DNA of 64,000 nt. Source: Candidatus Bathyarchaeota archaeon (GTDB taxonomy: Archaea > Thermoproteota > Bathyarchaeia > Bathyarchaeales > Bathycorpusculaceae). A model generated the notes under the pieces. The model did no database searches and had not been told where the DNA came from. It worked only from the letters and a program-made list of their open reading frames with translations. Shown here one piece after another: positions 29,045 to 39,534 of the stretch. A program made the translations under genes and the position numbers. Position 1 is the stretch's first letter; every line of letters starts with the position of its first letter. The stretch spans positions 768,001-832,000 of the forward strand of contig OY970280.1 of NCBI GenBank assembly GCA_963715865.1. The letters run 5' to 3'.

Positions 29045-30478
29045 ATGCCCTCTCAAAGGACTAATTCTGACTCGTGCGTGAGTTCTGAAACTAACAGGAA
29101 GAATTTCCTTATTTTGGTCAGGAGCGACAAACAACAAAAACATGTGGATCTTATGAAGATTTACATCACAAATGATGGATGTGAAGTAGGTAAGCTTTAC
29201 TCCTCATACATACAACAACTTTTTCTGAAGACTAACCCACGAATAGTTAACACATCAGATCCAAAAGAAGCCGACCTAATCCTCTTCTATGCTTGTGGAC
29301 TAACCGCAACCAAAGAAGAACAATCACTACGCATAATCGAAGTTATTAAGTCCATGATGAAACCCTCAGCAAGACTTCTTGTTTGGGGCTGCCTCTCAAA
29401 ACAAAACCCCGAATCGCTTAAAAACAAATACTCTGGTCCCATGCTTGGGCCCTCAGATATGAATTTCTTTGAGGAAATTTTGAGACAAACAACAAACGAA
29501 CCTAAATGCTCGAACATAAATCAAATTCCAGACGCCAACTTCCCCTTAAAGGGAGAAGCGCTTCAACCCATTTCATCAACTAAGCAAAACATCATGTACC
29601 GTGTTTTCGGTGACCTCGATGGATACCTAAGCCAACTATTCTTCAAAGCAAATTCCTCCATTTTCTACTTAAGAGTCGCCGAAGGCTGTACATCCCATTG
29701 CACCTACTGCAGTGAGCGGCTCGTTTGGGGAACAGTGAAGAGCAAGCCAATCGAAAAGGTAATCTCTGAATTTGAAAGCGGCCTAGAAAAAGGATACACT
29801 AACTTCTTTCTCTGCGCAGAAGACTTCGGAGCCTACGGAGTGGATATCGGCTTAAAGGCGACCGATTTGCTTAAACAGCTTGTTGACGTTGGCAACGATA
29901 AAAATTATAAAATAATCATCAATGAACTAAGCCCTCCTTACTTAAAAAATATGTTACCAGATTTTGAAAAAATCTTCAGTACTGGAAAGATAAGCACACT
30001 AGGCGTTCAAGTTGAGTCCGGTAGCAACAGGGTTCTCAAACTAATGGGCCGACAATATAAAGCAGAAGAATGGAGAAACCTCATGCTTCGCATTAATAGA
30101 AATTTCCCCAGCATCGACCTCTCAACTCATTTTATGGTCGGTTTTCCTACGGAGACAGAAGAAGACTTTAACGCTACAATGAAACTACTCGACTTTCCGT
30201 TACTTCTTAAAGATATTCTAATATTCAAGTTCTCACCTAGACCAAACATCCCAGCGGCGAGGCTGTCTGGACAAATATCTCAAAGCGTCATCGAACTCAG
30301 GGCAAGAAGACTGCAAAGAAAGTTTTGGTATACATATCCTTTGAATTTAGCAATTCGTTATCCATATTCTCTTATCAAGAAACCAGCACGCTCCTTCAAT
30401 GACCTAAATCATCAATCACCTCCATACAAGCTAAATACCGAAACTACAAGTGTCCATGCGAAACTCAAAGGATCCTAA
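29045..30478 (+). CDS. methylthiotransferase-like (MiaB/RimO-type) radical SAM protein without TRAM domain; probable start ATG 29153
   Basis: UPF0004-like N-domain with three Cys (DGC, YAC, WGC), EADLI, AEGCTSHCTYC, EDFGAYGVD, GVQVESGS.RVLKLMGR, MVGFPTETEEDF, FKFSPRP; no TRAM beta-barrel at the C-terminus. Confidence 0.82.
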   Translation: MPSQRTNSDSCVSSETNRKNFLILVRSDKQQKHVDLMKIYITNDGCEVGKLYSSYIQQLFLKTNPRIVNTSDPKEADLILFYACGLTATKEEQSLRIIEVIKSMMKPSARLLVWGCLSKQNPESLKNKYSGPMLGPSDMNFFEEILRQTTNEPKCSNINQIPDANFPLKGEALQPISSTKQNIMYRVFGDLDGYLSQLFFKANSSIFYLRVAEGCTSHCTYCSERLVWGTVKSKPIEKVISEFESGLEKGYTNFFLCAEDFGAYGVDIGLKATDLLKQLVDVGNDKNYKIIINELSPPYLKNMLPDFEKIFSTGKISTLGVQVESGSNRVLKLMGRQYKAEEWRNLMLRINRNFPSIDLSTHFMVGFPTETEEDFNATMKLLDFPLLLKDILIFKFSPRPNIPAARLSGQISQSVIELRARRLQRKFWYTYPLNLAIRYPYSLIKKPARSFNDLNHQSPPYKLNTETTSVHAKLKGS

Positions 30479-31898
30479 GAATTTTCAATCCAGTATTTAT
30501 CTAATCAACAAAGAATTAAGGAGCAATAAAACCTTGAAAACAATCAATGCTTTTGGAGAAGAATACTACTCATATGAGCACCAGAAAATCTTCGAAGAGT
30601 TCCTTTCAAATGCACAATCTCAAAATCTAAACATAAAAGTCATAAAGCAGTTGTTTCTAAAGCCTTATCTTCCAGCTACGGAAATCTGCAAAGAATTTGG
30701 AACCAGCAAAACCGAACTTATAAAAACCTATGACTTCATCAGGTCCTTTTACAAAAGCAAAGAACTGTTCGCATATTCTCCATATCCATACTTGGTTAAT
30801 GTCCTAGGACAGTTATCAAAGGATGCCGAACGGATTCAAACAATACTCAGAGGAGAAAGACCTTTTCCACCATCCGATAGTTTGGAACTGTTTATCAGCG
30901 AATCTTGCAACGCAAAATGCAAATTCTGCTACAGAAACGACAACATATATCACCATAAAGACAAAACTCTAACAGATTCAGAATATGCCCAATTAATAAA
31001 CAATTTCGCCGATCTAAATGGTCAAAATCTTGATGTAACCGGCGGTCTTGAACCCCTGCTCAGCCGTTCCCTGCTCGGTATCCTAAAAACTGGAGTAGAA
31101 CGCAAACTAAACGTCCATTTGTACACCAATGGAATTGCACTTGGCAAAGACAGAAAGATTACCGAACAAATAATGAAAATAAAAAGAGTCAGAATCAGCC
31201 TCAACTCAACTAACAGCAAAAACTACAAAGAAGTCATGGGAGTGGACAAGTTCGAGCGAGTAATAGAAAATTTGCGACAACTCGCTGAAACCAAAAGAAA
31301 AACCAAATCAAACGTCCAAATCGGCGTTGGATTCGCAATATTCAAACAAAACTACACATGCATTCCTGAAGCTCTAGAACTAGCCCAAAAACTTGAACTT
31401 GACTTTTTAGACCTAAGAGCAGTCGAAGTAACCAATGTAGAAAGACTCGACCAGCAACAAAGAACAGAATTGCAGTCTATCCTTAATGAAGTAAGACGAA
31501 AAAAAATGCGAAACGAATACGGCGCATTAAACGTAAGCATCGCAGACACATTCAACACAGTTATCAACCCTGAAAATGATTGCATGAAATACGTGAAAGA
31601 AGACTTAGTAAAGGAACTCTGGCACTTCAGAGTCACGGTGACACCTTATGGCAAGGTCTACGCTTTAAACTTCATCGGCCAACCTTCAAGAGAGGACGAT
31701 CGGTTCCTGCTAGGACAAATAAGAGAAAACAAAGATCTTTCAAGCATACTAAGCAATGGAAAGAATATTCCTTATGACGAAAATTCCTTGGTTGCTCACG
31801 ACATGACTCTAATGATGGCACTTTCTAAGATAGCCTCTGACTTAGAGTTTGGAATTAACCTAGAAGAAAACCCATTCAATTGGAATAGCCTACCTTGA
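30450..31898 (+). CDS. DesII-like radical SAM enzyme (NDP-4-amino-4,6-dideoxyhexose ammonia-lyase homologue)
   Basis: CNAKCKFC. Collinear matches to remembered S. venezuelae DesII along the whole length: TGGLEPL, YTN..AL, RISL...Y, FERVIENL, DFLDLR, L.QQQRTELQ.IL, V...G.VY, R+L.G.+. Confidence 0.72.
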   Translation: MSMRNSKDPKNFQSSIYLINKELRSNKTLKTINAFGEEYYSYEHQKIFEEFLSNAQSQNLNIKVIKQLFLKPYLPATEICKEFGTSKTELIKTYDFIRSFYKSKELFAYSPYPYLVNVLGQLSKDAERIQTILRGERPFPPSDSLELFISESCNAKCKFCYRNDNIYHHKDKTLTDSEYAQLINNFADLNGQNLDVTGGLEPLLSRSLLGILKTGVERKLNVHLYTNGIALGKDRKITEQIMKIKRVRISLNSTNSKNYKEVMGVDKFERVIENLRQLAETKRKTKSNVQIGVGFAIFKQNYTCIPEALELAQKLELDFLDLRAVEVTNVERLDQQQRTELQSILNEVRRKKMRNEYGALNVSIADTFNTVINPENDCMKYVKEDLVKELWHFRVTVTPYGKVYALNFIGQPSREDDRFLLGQIRENKDLSSILSNGKNIPYDENSLVAHDMTLMMALSKIASDLEFGINLEENPFNWNSLP

Positions 31899-32050
31899 CC
31901 GCTCTTATGGGAAAGATGCTCTCGCGCTCATTCTAAGAAATGTGATTCCAAAACAACGCCAACACGCTATGATAACCGAAACATCAAGGAAACTCAAGGG
32001 AAACTTCTTAAGGCAATGAGTTCAGCCAAACCTGAGGTCATCAAAACCAA

Positions 32051-33139
32051 ATGATTCCATTCATAGACTTCAAACGAGAACTTGCCGAGATAGGCGATAA
32101 AGTAGCCGATGCCATGCTAACGGTTCAAAAGAGCGGCCAATTTATCTTAGGCGAAAATCTAAAAGAATTTGAAAGAGAATTCTCTAGCTATATAGAAGCT
32201 CGATATGGAATCGGTGTAAACTCTGGCTCCGATGCATTATACTTGACCGTAAAAGCACTAGGAATCTCCAAAAACGACGAAGTCATCACCGTTTCACATA
32301 CCATGAGTTCCACCGTTGACGCAATAAGCAGAAATGGAGCCAAACCCATCTTCGTTGACATCGATCCCGAAACCTTTACAATGGACGCAACAAAAGTCGA
32401 AACTAAAATCTCAAACAAGACACAAGCGATAATACCCGTACACCTCTACGGTCACCCAGCAAACATGACTCCACTACTCAAAATAGCAAACGAGCACAAT
32501 ATACCGATAATCGAAGATGCTTGCCAAGCCCACGGCTCAGAATACTGCAATAAAAAAGTGGGAAACATCGGAGACGTCGGCTGCTTTAGTTTTTACCCAA
32601 CAAAAAACCTCGGCGCCTATGGTGATGCTGGCATGATAACCACCAACAACAAAGAGCTAGCAGAAGAACTGACAAAAATGAGAAACTACGGCCAATCCGC
32701 AAGATACAGCCATGACTTCATAGGCGTAAACAGTCGACTAGACGAAATCCAAGCTGCAATATTACGCGTGAAATTGCGAAAACTCGACGAATGGAATGAA
32801 AGAAGAAGAAGAACTGCCAAACTCTACAACGAACTCCTAAGCAACGCTAACGTAACAACGCCCATCGAAAGAGAATACGCAAAGCATGTGTATCACTTAT
32901 ACGTGATAACCCATAACGAACGAGACAAGCTTCAGAATCATTTAACGGAAAAAGGAATTCAGACACTAATACACTATCCAATTCCAGTACATCAACAGAA
33001 GGCGTACGCAACAAAAGTAAAGCTTCCAATAACCGAGAAAACTTGCGGCAAAATCCTCTCTCTGCCCATTCATCCATGGCTAGACGAAGACGAAGTCAGA
33101 AAGATAGCCGACTGTATTAACGAATACTGCAGAAACTAA
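32051..33139 (+). CDS. DegT-family aminotransferase, DesV/FdtB/QdtB-like (probable 3-aminotransferase)
   Basis: [70 protein letters not shown]. Confidence 0.9.
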   Translation: MIPFIDFKRELAEIGDKVADAMLTVQKSGQFILGENLKEFEREFSSYIEARYGIGVNSGSDALYLTVKALGISKNDEVITVSHTMSSTVDAISRNGAKPIFVDIDPETFTMDATKVETKISNKTQAIIPVHLYGHPANMTPLLKIANEHNIPIIEDACQAHGSEYCNKKVGNIGDVGCFSFYPTKNLGAYGDAGMITTNNKELAEELTKMRNYGQSARYSHDFIGVNSRLDEIQAAILRVKLRKLDEWNERRRRTAKLYNELLSNANVTTPIEREYAKHVYHLYVITHNERDKLQNHLTEKGIQTLIHYPIPVHQQKAYATKVKLPITEKTCGKILSLPIHPWLDEDEVRKIADCINEYCRN

Positions 33140-33499
33140 AACAAAGCTACAATCGGCATTTTTTATACCACTTGAAATTCCGCTTCGTCCTTCACCAAAC
33201 TTGGTAATCACATTCGGGGTTATTCGCCAAGATATCCAGGGGCGAAGCTCCATTTAAAGTCTCAAATCCATAAGAACACGCGCGCAAATCAACTAACATA
33301 ACTGTGGGAACGCCAAACCCAAGAGAAGGATGTGAACTTGCCAAACAAAGTGAAAAGCGTCTTCGCATTCAACTGGGCATCCTTCCTGCGCTCACCTAAC
33401 TGCTAAACAACAGCGCCCGATTCCTGCTACTATTCATCTTTTGATTAGCAATGTAATATTGGTGGTAGTGGGATTTTTGGGTTTTAACTAAATTTAACA

Positions 33500-33521
33500 T
33501 TGATTAGTACGTATTACTAAA
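33500..33521. promoter_or_regulatory. 22-bp motif copy 2
   Basis: TTGATTAGTACGTATTACTAAA, 80 nt before ATG 33602. Confidence 0.6.
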
Positions 33522-33601
33522 CCAGATATACCGTTCTCGCCTATTTCACATATTTTTAGAAATTTTGCAAAAAAACCAAATTATTTTTTAGGGAATCAAA
33601 A

Positions 33602-34387
33602 ATGGAAACAATTGATAAATCTGAAATTTTCTTTATCGTATTAGCTAGAACACAAGAGGGCGTTGCAGAAAAAGCAGTTGAACTAAGAAAGCTTGGTATG
33701 CCATTTATTGTTATTTGCGGGGAAAAAATGAATCATCCAAATGTGGTTTACAGACAGAAAAAAGGTAAATTTGATGCAATAAATTTTGCCGCCAAATTTA
33801 TCAATAAAGATATTAAAATTGTATGTTTGAATGATGTTGATACTAAAATATTTAATTTCGAAAAGGCTCTTGAATCAATGCGTGGTACGAATGCTGGTTT
33901 AGCTTTCTGCAAAGTTAAGGTTAATGGCGGACCTCAGGTTCAATTTTACTCTTTAATGGACAAAATAAGACGATACGTACCGATTACATCAAGCGGCGAA
34001 CTTATGTTAATTCGAAAAAAAGTGTTCGATAAAATTTTACCCATTCCGCCTTGCAAAACAGAAGATAATTACGTTTCATTCAAGGCTGCAGAGCTCGGTT
34101 ACAATGTTCTTTTCTGTGAAGATTGCTGGGTAGAAACAAAAAGAACACAAACATTGGAAGAAGAATCACAGTATAAAACTCGAACTGTAACTGGTATCTA
34201 CCAAGCTCTCTCCTTTACTAAAACTGATCCTTTGGTTCGCGTCTTTTACCTTGGCCTTCCTCTTATTACTCCGCTTTTGCTACTTCAAGGTAAAAGGGGC
34301 GCGGCTTGGACTAAGGGAATAATTCAAGGGTTCACAAATTTTCTTAGAGGTGATAGTGCAGGAGCATTCGAAAAAATTGCGGGTTAA
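33602..34387 (+). CDS. GT2-like glycosyltransferase
   Basis: GKFDAIN, LNDVD (DxD), SSGELM, EDNY, C-terminal hydrophobic helix. Confidence 0.72.
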   Translation: METIDKSEIFFIVLARTQEGVAEKAVELRKLGMPFIVICGEKMNHPNVVYRQKKGKFDAINFAAKFINKDIKIVCLNDVDTKIFNFEKALESMRGTNAGLAFCKVKVNGGPQVQFYSLMDKIRRYVPITSSGELMLIRKKVFDKILPIPPCKTEDNYVSFKAAELGYNVLFCEDCWVETKRTQTLEEESQYKTRTVTGIYQALSFTKTDPLVRVFYLGLPLITPLLLLQGKRGAAWTKGIIQGFTNFLRGDSAGAFEKIAG

Positions 34388-34426
34388 CCAAAAGCCAGTA
34401 GTTAACATTTTTTAGAGGAAGTCATA

Positions 34427-35350
34427 TTGGAATCTCTTGAGAAGTATCCTTTTGTCTCAATTATTGTAGTAGTACTAAACATGGCAAGCATGATTGGTGC
34501 ATGTCTATCATCGCTGATTTCTCTTGACTATCCAAAAGATAGATACGAAATTATAGTTATCGATGGTGGGTCTACTGATGGCACGCTGAAAATTTGCAAA
34601 GACTTTGGCGTACAATGCTTTATCGAGAAAAAAAGAGGACGCGGCTTAGCTAGAAATGCAGGAGTCAAAAAGGCTAAAGGAGAAATTATTGCGTTTATTG
34701 ATGCAGATTGCAAAGCTTATAAAAATTGGCTTTCAATCCACGTTTCAAACCACTCTGATAAAACGATTGGTGCAGTTACAGGGTCAGTTATCGACCCATA
34801 TTTAGTCACGAGCACTAAATCTGCAATTATGGCTCATTATGTAAGTTTTGCTGAATTCGACGAAGCATTAAAACGAAATTACACCTATCATGCGCCAACT
34901 TGCAATACCAGCTTTAAAAGGAGCGTATTACAGGTCGTTAATTTTTTTTATGAAGAACTCGATGCTTATGAGGATTTTCTTTTAAGCAGAAAAATCACAG
35001 ATGCAGGTTATAAAATTCTTTTTGAACCACAAGCTAAAATTCTCCATTTCGGAATACGTGATGACTTAAAATTTGAATCATATTTGCGTAGGGAATGGAA
35101 AAATGGAGAAGCTCATTTTAAAGCTCAAGCAATCAACAAAAACATGTTCGGTAGGATTCCAATGAACCCGCTGGCATCATCTATTTTTGCACCATCAATA
35201 ATGATGGCAAGAATCGCACGTGAATCATATAAATTACTTCGAATTCCTAATTTTGCCAGACATGCAATTACATGCATACCTTATTTGTTGAGCGGAGGTT
35301 TCGTGTGGAGTTGCGCTTACGTCAAAATGTCCTTTTCCCAGAATAAATGA
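34427..35350 (+). CDS. GT2 glycosyltransferase
   Basis: VIDGGSTDGT, ARNAG, FIDADC, EDFLL. Confidence 0.9.
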   Translation: MESLEKYPFVSIIVVVLNMASMIGACLSSLISLDYPKDRYEIIVIDGGSTDGTLKICKDFGVQCFIEKKRGRGLARNAGVKKAKGEIIAFIDADCKAYKNWLSIHVSNHSDKTIGAVTGSVIDPYLVTSTKSAIMAHYVSFAEFDEALKRNYTYHAPTCNTSFKRSVLQVVNFFYEELDAYEDFLLSRKITDAGYKILFEPQAKILHFGIRDDLKFESYLRREWKNGEAHFKAQAINKNMFGRIPMNPLASSIFAPSIMMARIARESYKLLRIPNFARHAITCIPYLLSGGFVWSCAYVKMSFSQNK

Positions 35351-35370
35351 GAAGTTATGGTTAAAATTAA

Positions 35371-36534
35371 ATGATAGTTATAATTTTCAGTCCTGGTTTT
35401 CCTCCGTGGAATATTGGAGGAGAAGAGTATTACGCTTACTATCAAGCTATAGAACTGAGAAAGTTAGGAAACGAAGTTTATGTAATTGCCAGCAATATTG
35501 GCAACACGGCCAATTCTAAAGGTAAGCCACCCACGTTTTATTCATTACGTGCTCGTTTGTCCTTGGCAAGGCCTCAAATGCTTCGGTATGCATTTACCAG
35601 TATCTCTGTATTTTTCTCGTTTTTGAAATTACACTTAAGGCCTCATGTAATTCACGCTCATGATCCATACGGTGAAGGCCTGGCCGCGGTAATAGTCAAG
35701 AAAATCTTTAGGATTCCAGTGGTAATTACGTGGCATGCTGCAGAACTCGTAGACAAGGGTGCCAGGTTCTCAATTGTTGGAGATACCTGCCGACGAATCG
35801 TCTTAAAAAATGCTAATTGTATAATTGTAAACTCTGAGCTATTCAAAGAGCTAGCGATCAACAATGTTGGAGGTAAAAATTTAATTTCCAAGATTTGCGT
35901 GGTTTCACCAGGTGTTGATGTTAATAGATTCAATCCCCTGAATAATAACTCCTCTAAATCAATAGCGTTTATCCCTTCAGATTCTCAGGTTATACTCGCG
36001 GTTTGTCGTCTGGAAAAAATAAAAGGTCTCGATATTCTAATTAGGGCTACACCGCACGTTTTAAAAGAATTTCCAAAAGCCCGGTTTATCTTAGTAGGAT
36101 CTGGAAATGAAAGAACATATCTTGAAAGACTTTCACAAGAATTAAACGTGCATAACAATATTATCTTCACCGGTGCTGTATCAGACGAATTACTTCCAGC
36201 TTATTACTCAATATGCGATATTTTTACAGTTCCAACGCAAGGCGAAGGCTTTGGAATGGCATTTCTTGAAGCCTGGTCATCTGGTAAGCCAATTATCGTT
36301 ACTGCACATGCCCCCGAAATAGCGAAACTTGTGCAAAAGCATGGGAGTGGTTTCGTTGTGGCTGATGATCCGCAAGAACTCGCTAAAGCAATTATTAAGC
36401 TCCTATCAAATCCGACACTTAAAAGTAGGATGGGAAAAATCGGCAGGCAAATTGCTTTAACCGAGTATTCATGGGAAAAAACAATTTTTACCATTTATCA
36501 AAGGTATCAAACTGTTTTAAGGCGAGACAATTGA
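35371..36534 (+). CDS. GT4 glycosyltransferase
   Basis: PPWNIGGEE, SPGVD, EKIKG, EGFGMAFLEAWSSGKP. Confidence 0.9.
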   Translation: MIVIIFSPGFPPWNIGGEEYYAYYQAIELRKLGNEVYVIASNIGNTANSKGKPPTFYSLRARLSLARPQMLRYAFTSISVFFSFLKLHLRPHVIHAHDPYGEGLAAVIVKKIFRIPVVITWHAAELVDKGARFSIVGDTCRRIVLKNANCIIVNSELFKELAINNVGGKNLISKICVVSPGVDVNRFNPLNNNSSKSIAFIPSDSQVILAVCRLEKIKGLDILIRATPHVLKEFPKARFILVGSGNERTYLERLSQELNVHNNIIFTGAVSDELLPAYYSICDIFTVPTQGEGFGMAFLEAWSSGKPIIVTAHAPEIAKLVQKHGSGFVVADDPQELAKAIIKLLSNPTLKSRMGKIGRQIALTEYSWEKTIFTIYQRYQTVLRRDN

Positions 36535-37673
36535 AAATAGCTATGCTCGTTGAAAATCCTCTTTTCTTCGGTGGCGGAGAAATTCATGCTTATGAAATAG
36601 CAAAAAATCTTTTAAAATTCGGGCATAAAGTTGATTTTATTCAACTTTACGGTTTTCCTAGAAAACGCGAATTCGGTTCATCCCAAGAATTGAGTCCGTC
36701 AAGATGGGTACCTCTCCCGAATTCTAGATTTACAAATTTCATATATGCTCGAATTTTGTGGTCTTATAGCTTTCTTACGGTTCCTTTGGTTTTAAGGGAA
36801 TTATTCAAAGGTAAATATGATATTGTGCATGTGCATGGATTTGGTTATTCCTCTCTATTGATATCGGCGGTTATAGCAAAAAGAAGTAACCATTCCAAAG
36901 TATTCTGTACACTTCATAATGATTTGCTTCATCATGTTGACCACAAAGTTATGCAGATACTTTCTCAATATGTAGATCAGTTTATTGCAGTCAGCTCTTC
37001 AATCCAGAAGAGGTGGCAGATCCTTTACAATTCAGATCCATTGTTAATTCCAAACGGTGTTGATGTTTCCCGTTTTAACCGCAAAGTTGATGGTTCTTTA
37101 ATAAGGAAACGTTTGGGAATAGAGAGCAAGTACGTTGTACTATCAATTGGGCGGTTATCCAGCCAAAAAGGCATTAAATACCTTGTTCAGGCGTCATCTT
37201 CCCTCAAAAAGGATATACCTAATCTAATCGTTCTGATCTGTGGGCGCGGTGAAGAGGAAGCTTATCTGAAAAAAATGGTCAAAGACCTTGAATTAGACGG
37301 GATAATCAAGTTTTTAGGATATATTCCGTCCGATGAGCTTCCGATGTACTATGCTGCCTGTGACGTCTTCGTTCTTCCTTCAGTTTTCGAAACATTTGCG
37401 CTTACATTACTCGAAGCTTTAAGTGTTGGAAAACCAACAGTATGCGCTAAAGTAGGCGGTGCAAAAGAAATTGCTAGCCAATTTGAAATTAACTATTATT
37501 CTAAACTTGTTAAACCTGAAGATTCTGAGGATTTGGCGAAAGGTATTTTATGGTATTTTAGTCATCCTGAATTTTCGACGATTAATCGCAAGAAAATTGT
37601 TAATCGGAAATTAAAAATCTATTCGTGGGAAAATATTTCACTAAAAATAAATGAGCTCTATGAGCAGTCGTGA
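36531..37673 (+). CDS. GT4 glycosyltransferase (TTG start overlapping the upstream TGA)
   Basis: GGGEIH, IPNGVD, GRLSSQKG, ETFALTLLEALSVGKP. Confidence 0.9.
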   Translation: MKIAMLVENPLFFGGGEIHAYEIAKNLLKFGHKVDFIQLYGFPRKREFGSSQELSPSRWVPLPNSRFTNFIYARILWSYSFLTVPLVLRELFKGKYDIVHVHGFGYSSLLISAVIAKRSNHSKVFCTLHNDLLHHVDHKVMQILSQYVDQFIAVSSSIQKRWQILYNSDPLLIPNGVDVSRFNRKVDGSLIRKRLGIESKYVVLSIGRLSSQKGIKYLVQASSSLKKDIPNLIVLICGRGEEEAYLKKMVKDLELDGIIKFLGYIPSDELPMYYAACDVFVLPSVFETFALTLLEALSVGKPTVCAKVGGAKEIASQFEINYYSKLVKPEDSEDLAKGILWYFSHPEFSTINRKKIVNRKLKIYSWENISLKINELYEQS

Positions 37674-37775
37674 GCAAGCAAATAGCATTTTCTAAAACTT
37701 GGTTACCTCCGAGACTACCGTGATTAAGCAAGCAAACCTTAGCTTCAAAGTATAATTTCAAAAGCGTGATCAGCA

Positions 37776-39533
37776 ATGTCGAAAAAAACTGCGTTAAAAA
37801 GCAGAGTTAGCCTAAAGATTCTTTCGATTTCGCTGACTACAATCGGCATAATGCTACTGATATGGTATCTAAGATTTGTCGAAACTGGGCTATCAATTTG
37901 GCTACTTTATGCGGGTGTGGCAACATTAAGCATTGGGAACATGCTAGCCTTTGTCACTCTTGAAAGTAAATCAAAGAATATTCATTTCATACTTGTTCTC
38001 TTTCTGACAACCATTTTTTTAGCAAACATGTATACCGTACGTTTTGACTCACTACAGGGATCAGACATATTATATGAGTATACAACGGCTAGAACAACAC
38101 TTCAACAAGGAACATGGTCATTGGCACGCTCGCCATTCGAGAACTATTTTTCAGCAATTTCAGTTTCGCTAGTTCCCGCCCTCTTATCTCAGATAAGTGG
38201 GCTTAATCTATTTTTGATTTTTGAAGTAGTTCTTCAACTAGTGGCGGCTTTACTTCCTATAATTATTTTTATAACAGTTAAAGAAGTTTTCAAAAATACA
38301 CGTCTTGCTGGCTTGTCTTCGTTACTATTCAGTCAACTATACTTTAATTTCACTTTGCTTCCTTCATTAATGCGCCAATACGTTGCAGAAATTACGCTTG
38401 TTCTATCAATGTTTATTTTAATAAGAATGTATCAAAAGAAATCCTCAAAACTTTGGGCTTGGACGCTTCTTTTATCAATATCATTATTTGGTGTTGCCGC
38501 TTTTCACTATACAGTGGCTTATTGGGCAGTTGCTATTTTTCTTGCAATCTTTATTTTCGAATCATTACTTTCTTTCTTCCCTAAAAAACTCTTGAAAATT
38601 TTCAAATTTTCTACAGTGATTAAACAGCGACAGATATTTCGTGCTGAATATCTGTTGTTATTTTTTGTTTTCCTTGCTTTTTGGACAATAACAACAAATC
38701 TTGTACCTTTTTTGACCGACGTTCATAATCAAATTTATTTACTATCTGGAGGCACACCTGCCGCTTCGGGGCAATACCAAGTTGGATGGTTATCAGGTAG
38801 CACAGTAGGATTAACTACTACTGCTTGGTTTATTTGGGAGGCCGGATTGGGTGTCTTAGGTTTCATCTATTTTATGTTTAAAGTTCCTAAACAAACAAGG
38901 CATGTCCCCTGGATAATAGCTGCCTTAGTTATGTTTGCTGCGGTAGCAATCTGGATTAGTCCTTCCTTTTCTGGCGGTTTAATTTATCTGGACAGAGTTT
39001 ATTTAATTGGTTCTATCTTTTTTACTGCATTTGCAGCAGGTTTACTTCTGAAAATAAATTCTAAATTGAAGGTAGTAGTCATTATATTTCTTCTTATAAA
39101 TCTACCAGTTAATATGCTTATAATTCCCAACCAAAGATACGTTTTGTACCACAAAGAAAGCGATGTCGCTCCTGCGGATGAAATGTTAGCGAATATTGTC
39201 CGTCAACCTTCCATGGTTTTGGCGAACTGGTTAAATCTTCATCCATCTACAAACGCATCAGATACTATTTACACAGATAGTGTTACTGGTCCCCGATCAC
39301 TATACTCCTTGAACTACAACTACACAATTGTCCCACTTTCATTTATACCCACAGATCTTAATGAAACAGGTCTTTTTTTCTTTCATTATCTTAACCTAGA
39401 GTATGGATTATGGCAAACTAGCGAACGGACTAACGCAAATATTGATGTGCAAAACACTTTGAATGATACAACGATTGTTTATAATAACGGCCAAGCAATG
39501 TTAGCGTATATACAACAACCGGAGAATCCCTAA
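37776..39533 (+). CDS. multi-pass membrane protein, DUF2206-like (GT-C-like polymerase/transferase candidate)
   Basis: About 12-14 TM helices, GSDILYEY loop, RQYVAE, FHYT, YLDRVY, extracellular C-terminal domain. Confidence 0.65.
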   Translation: MSKKTALKSRVSLKILSISLTTIGIMLLIWYLRFVETGLSIWLLYAGVATLSIGNMLAFVTLESKSKNIHFILVLFLTTIFLANMYTVRFDSLQGSDILYEYTTARTTLQQGTWSLARSPFENYFSAISVSLVPALLSQISGLNLFLIFEVVLQLVAALLPIIIFITVKEVFKNTRLAGLSSLLFSQLYFNFTLLPSLMRQYVAEITLVLSMFILIRMYQKKSSKLWAWTLLLSISLFGVAAFHYTVAYWAVAIFLAIFIFESLLSFFPKKLLKIFKFSTVIKQRQIFRAEYLLLFFVFLAFWTITTNLVPFLTDVHNQIYLLSGGTPAASGQYQVGWLSGSTVGLTTTAWFIWEAGLGVLGFIYFMFKVPKQTRHVPWIIAALVMFAAVAIWISPSFSGGLIYLDRVYLIGSIFFTAFAAGLLLKINSKLKVVVIIFLLINLPVNMLIIPNQRYVLYHKESDVAPADEMLANIVRQPSMVLANWLNLHPSTNASDTIYTDSVTGPRSLYSLNYNYTIVPLSFIPTDLNETGLFFFHYLNLEYGLWQTSERTNANIDVQNTLNDTTIVYNNGQAMLAYIQQPENP

Positions 39534-39534
39534 G

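Noticed and set aside
21968-37682. 13-bp match GTGAGCAAGCAAA after two stop codons (21968 and 37670)
   Set aside because: Dozens of 13-mer matches are expected by chance in 64 kb.
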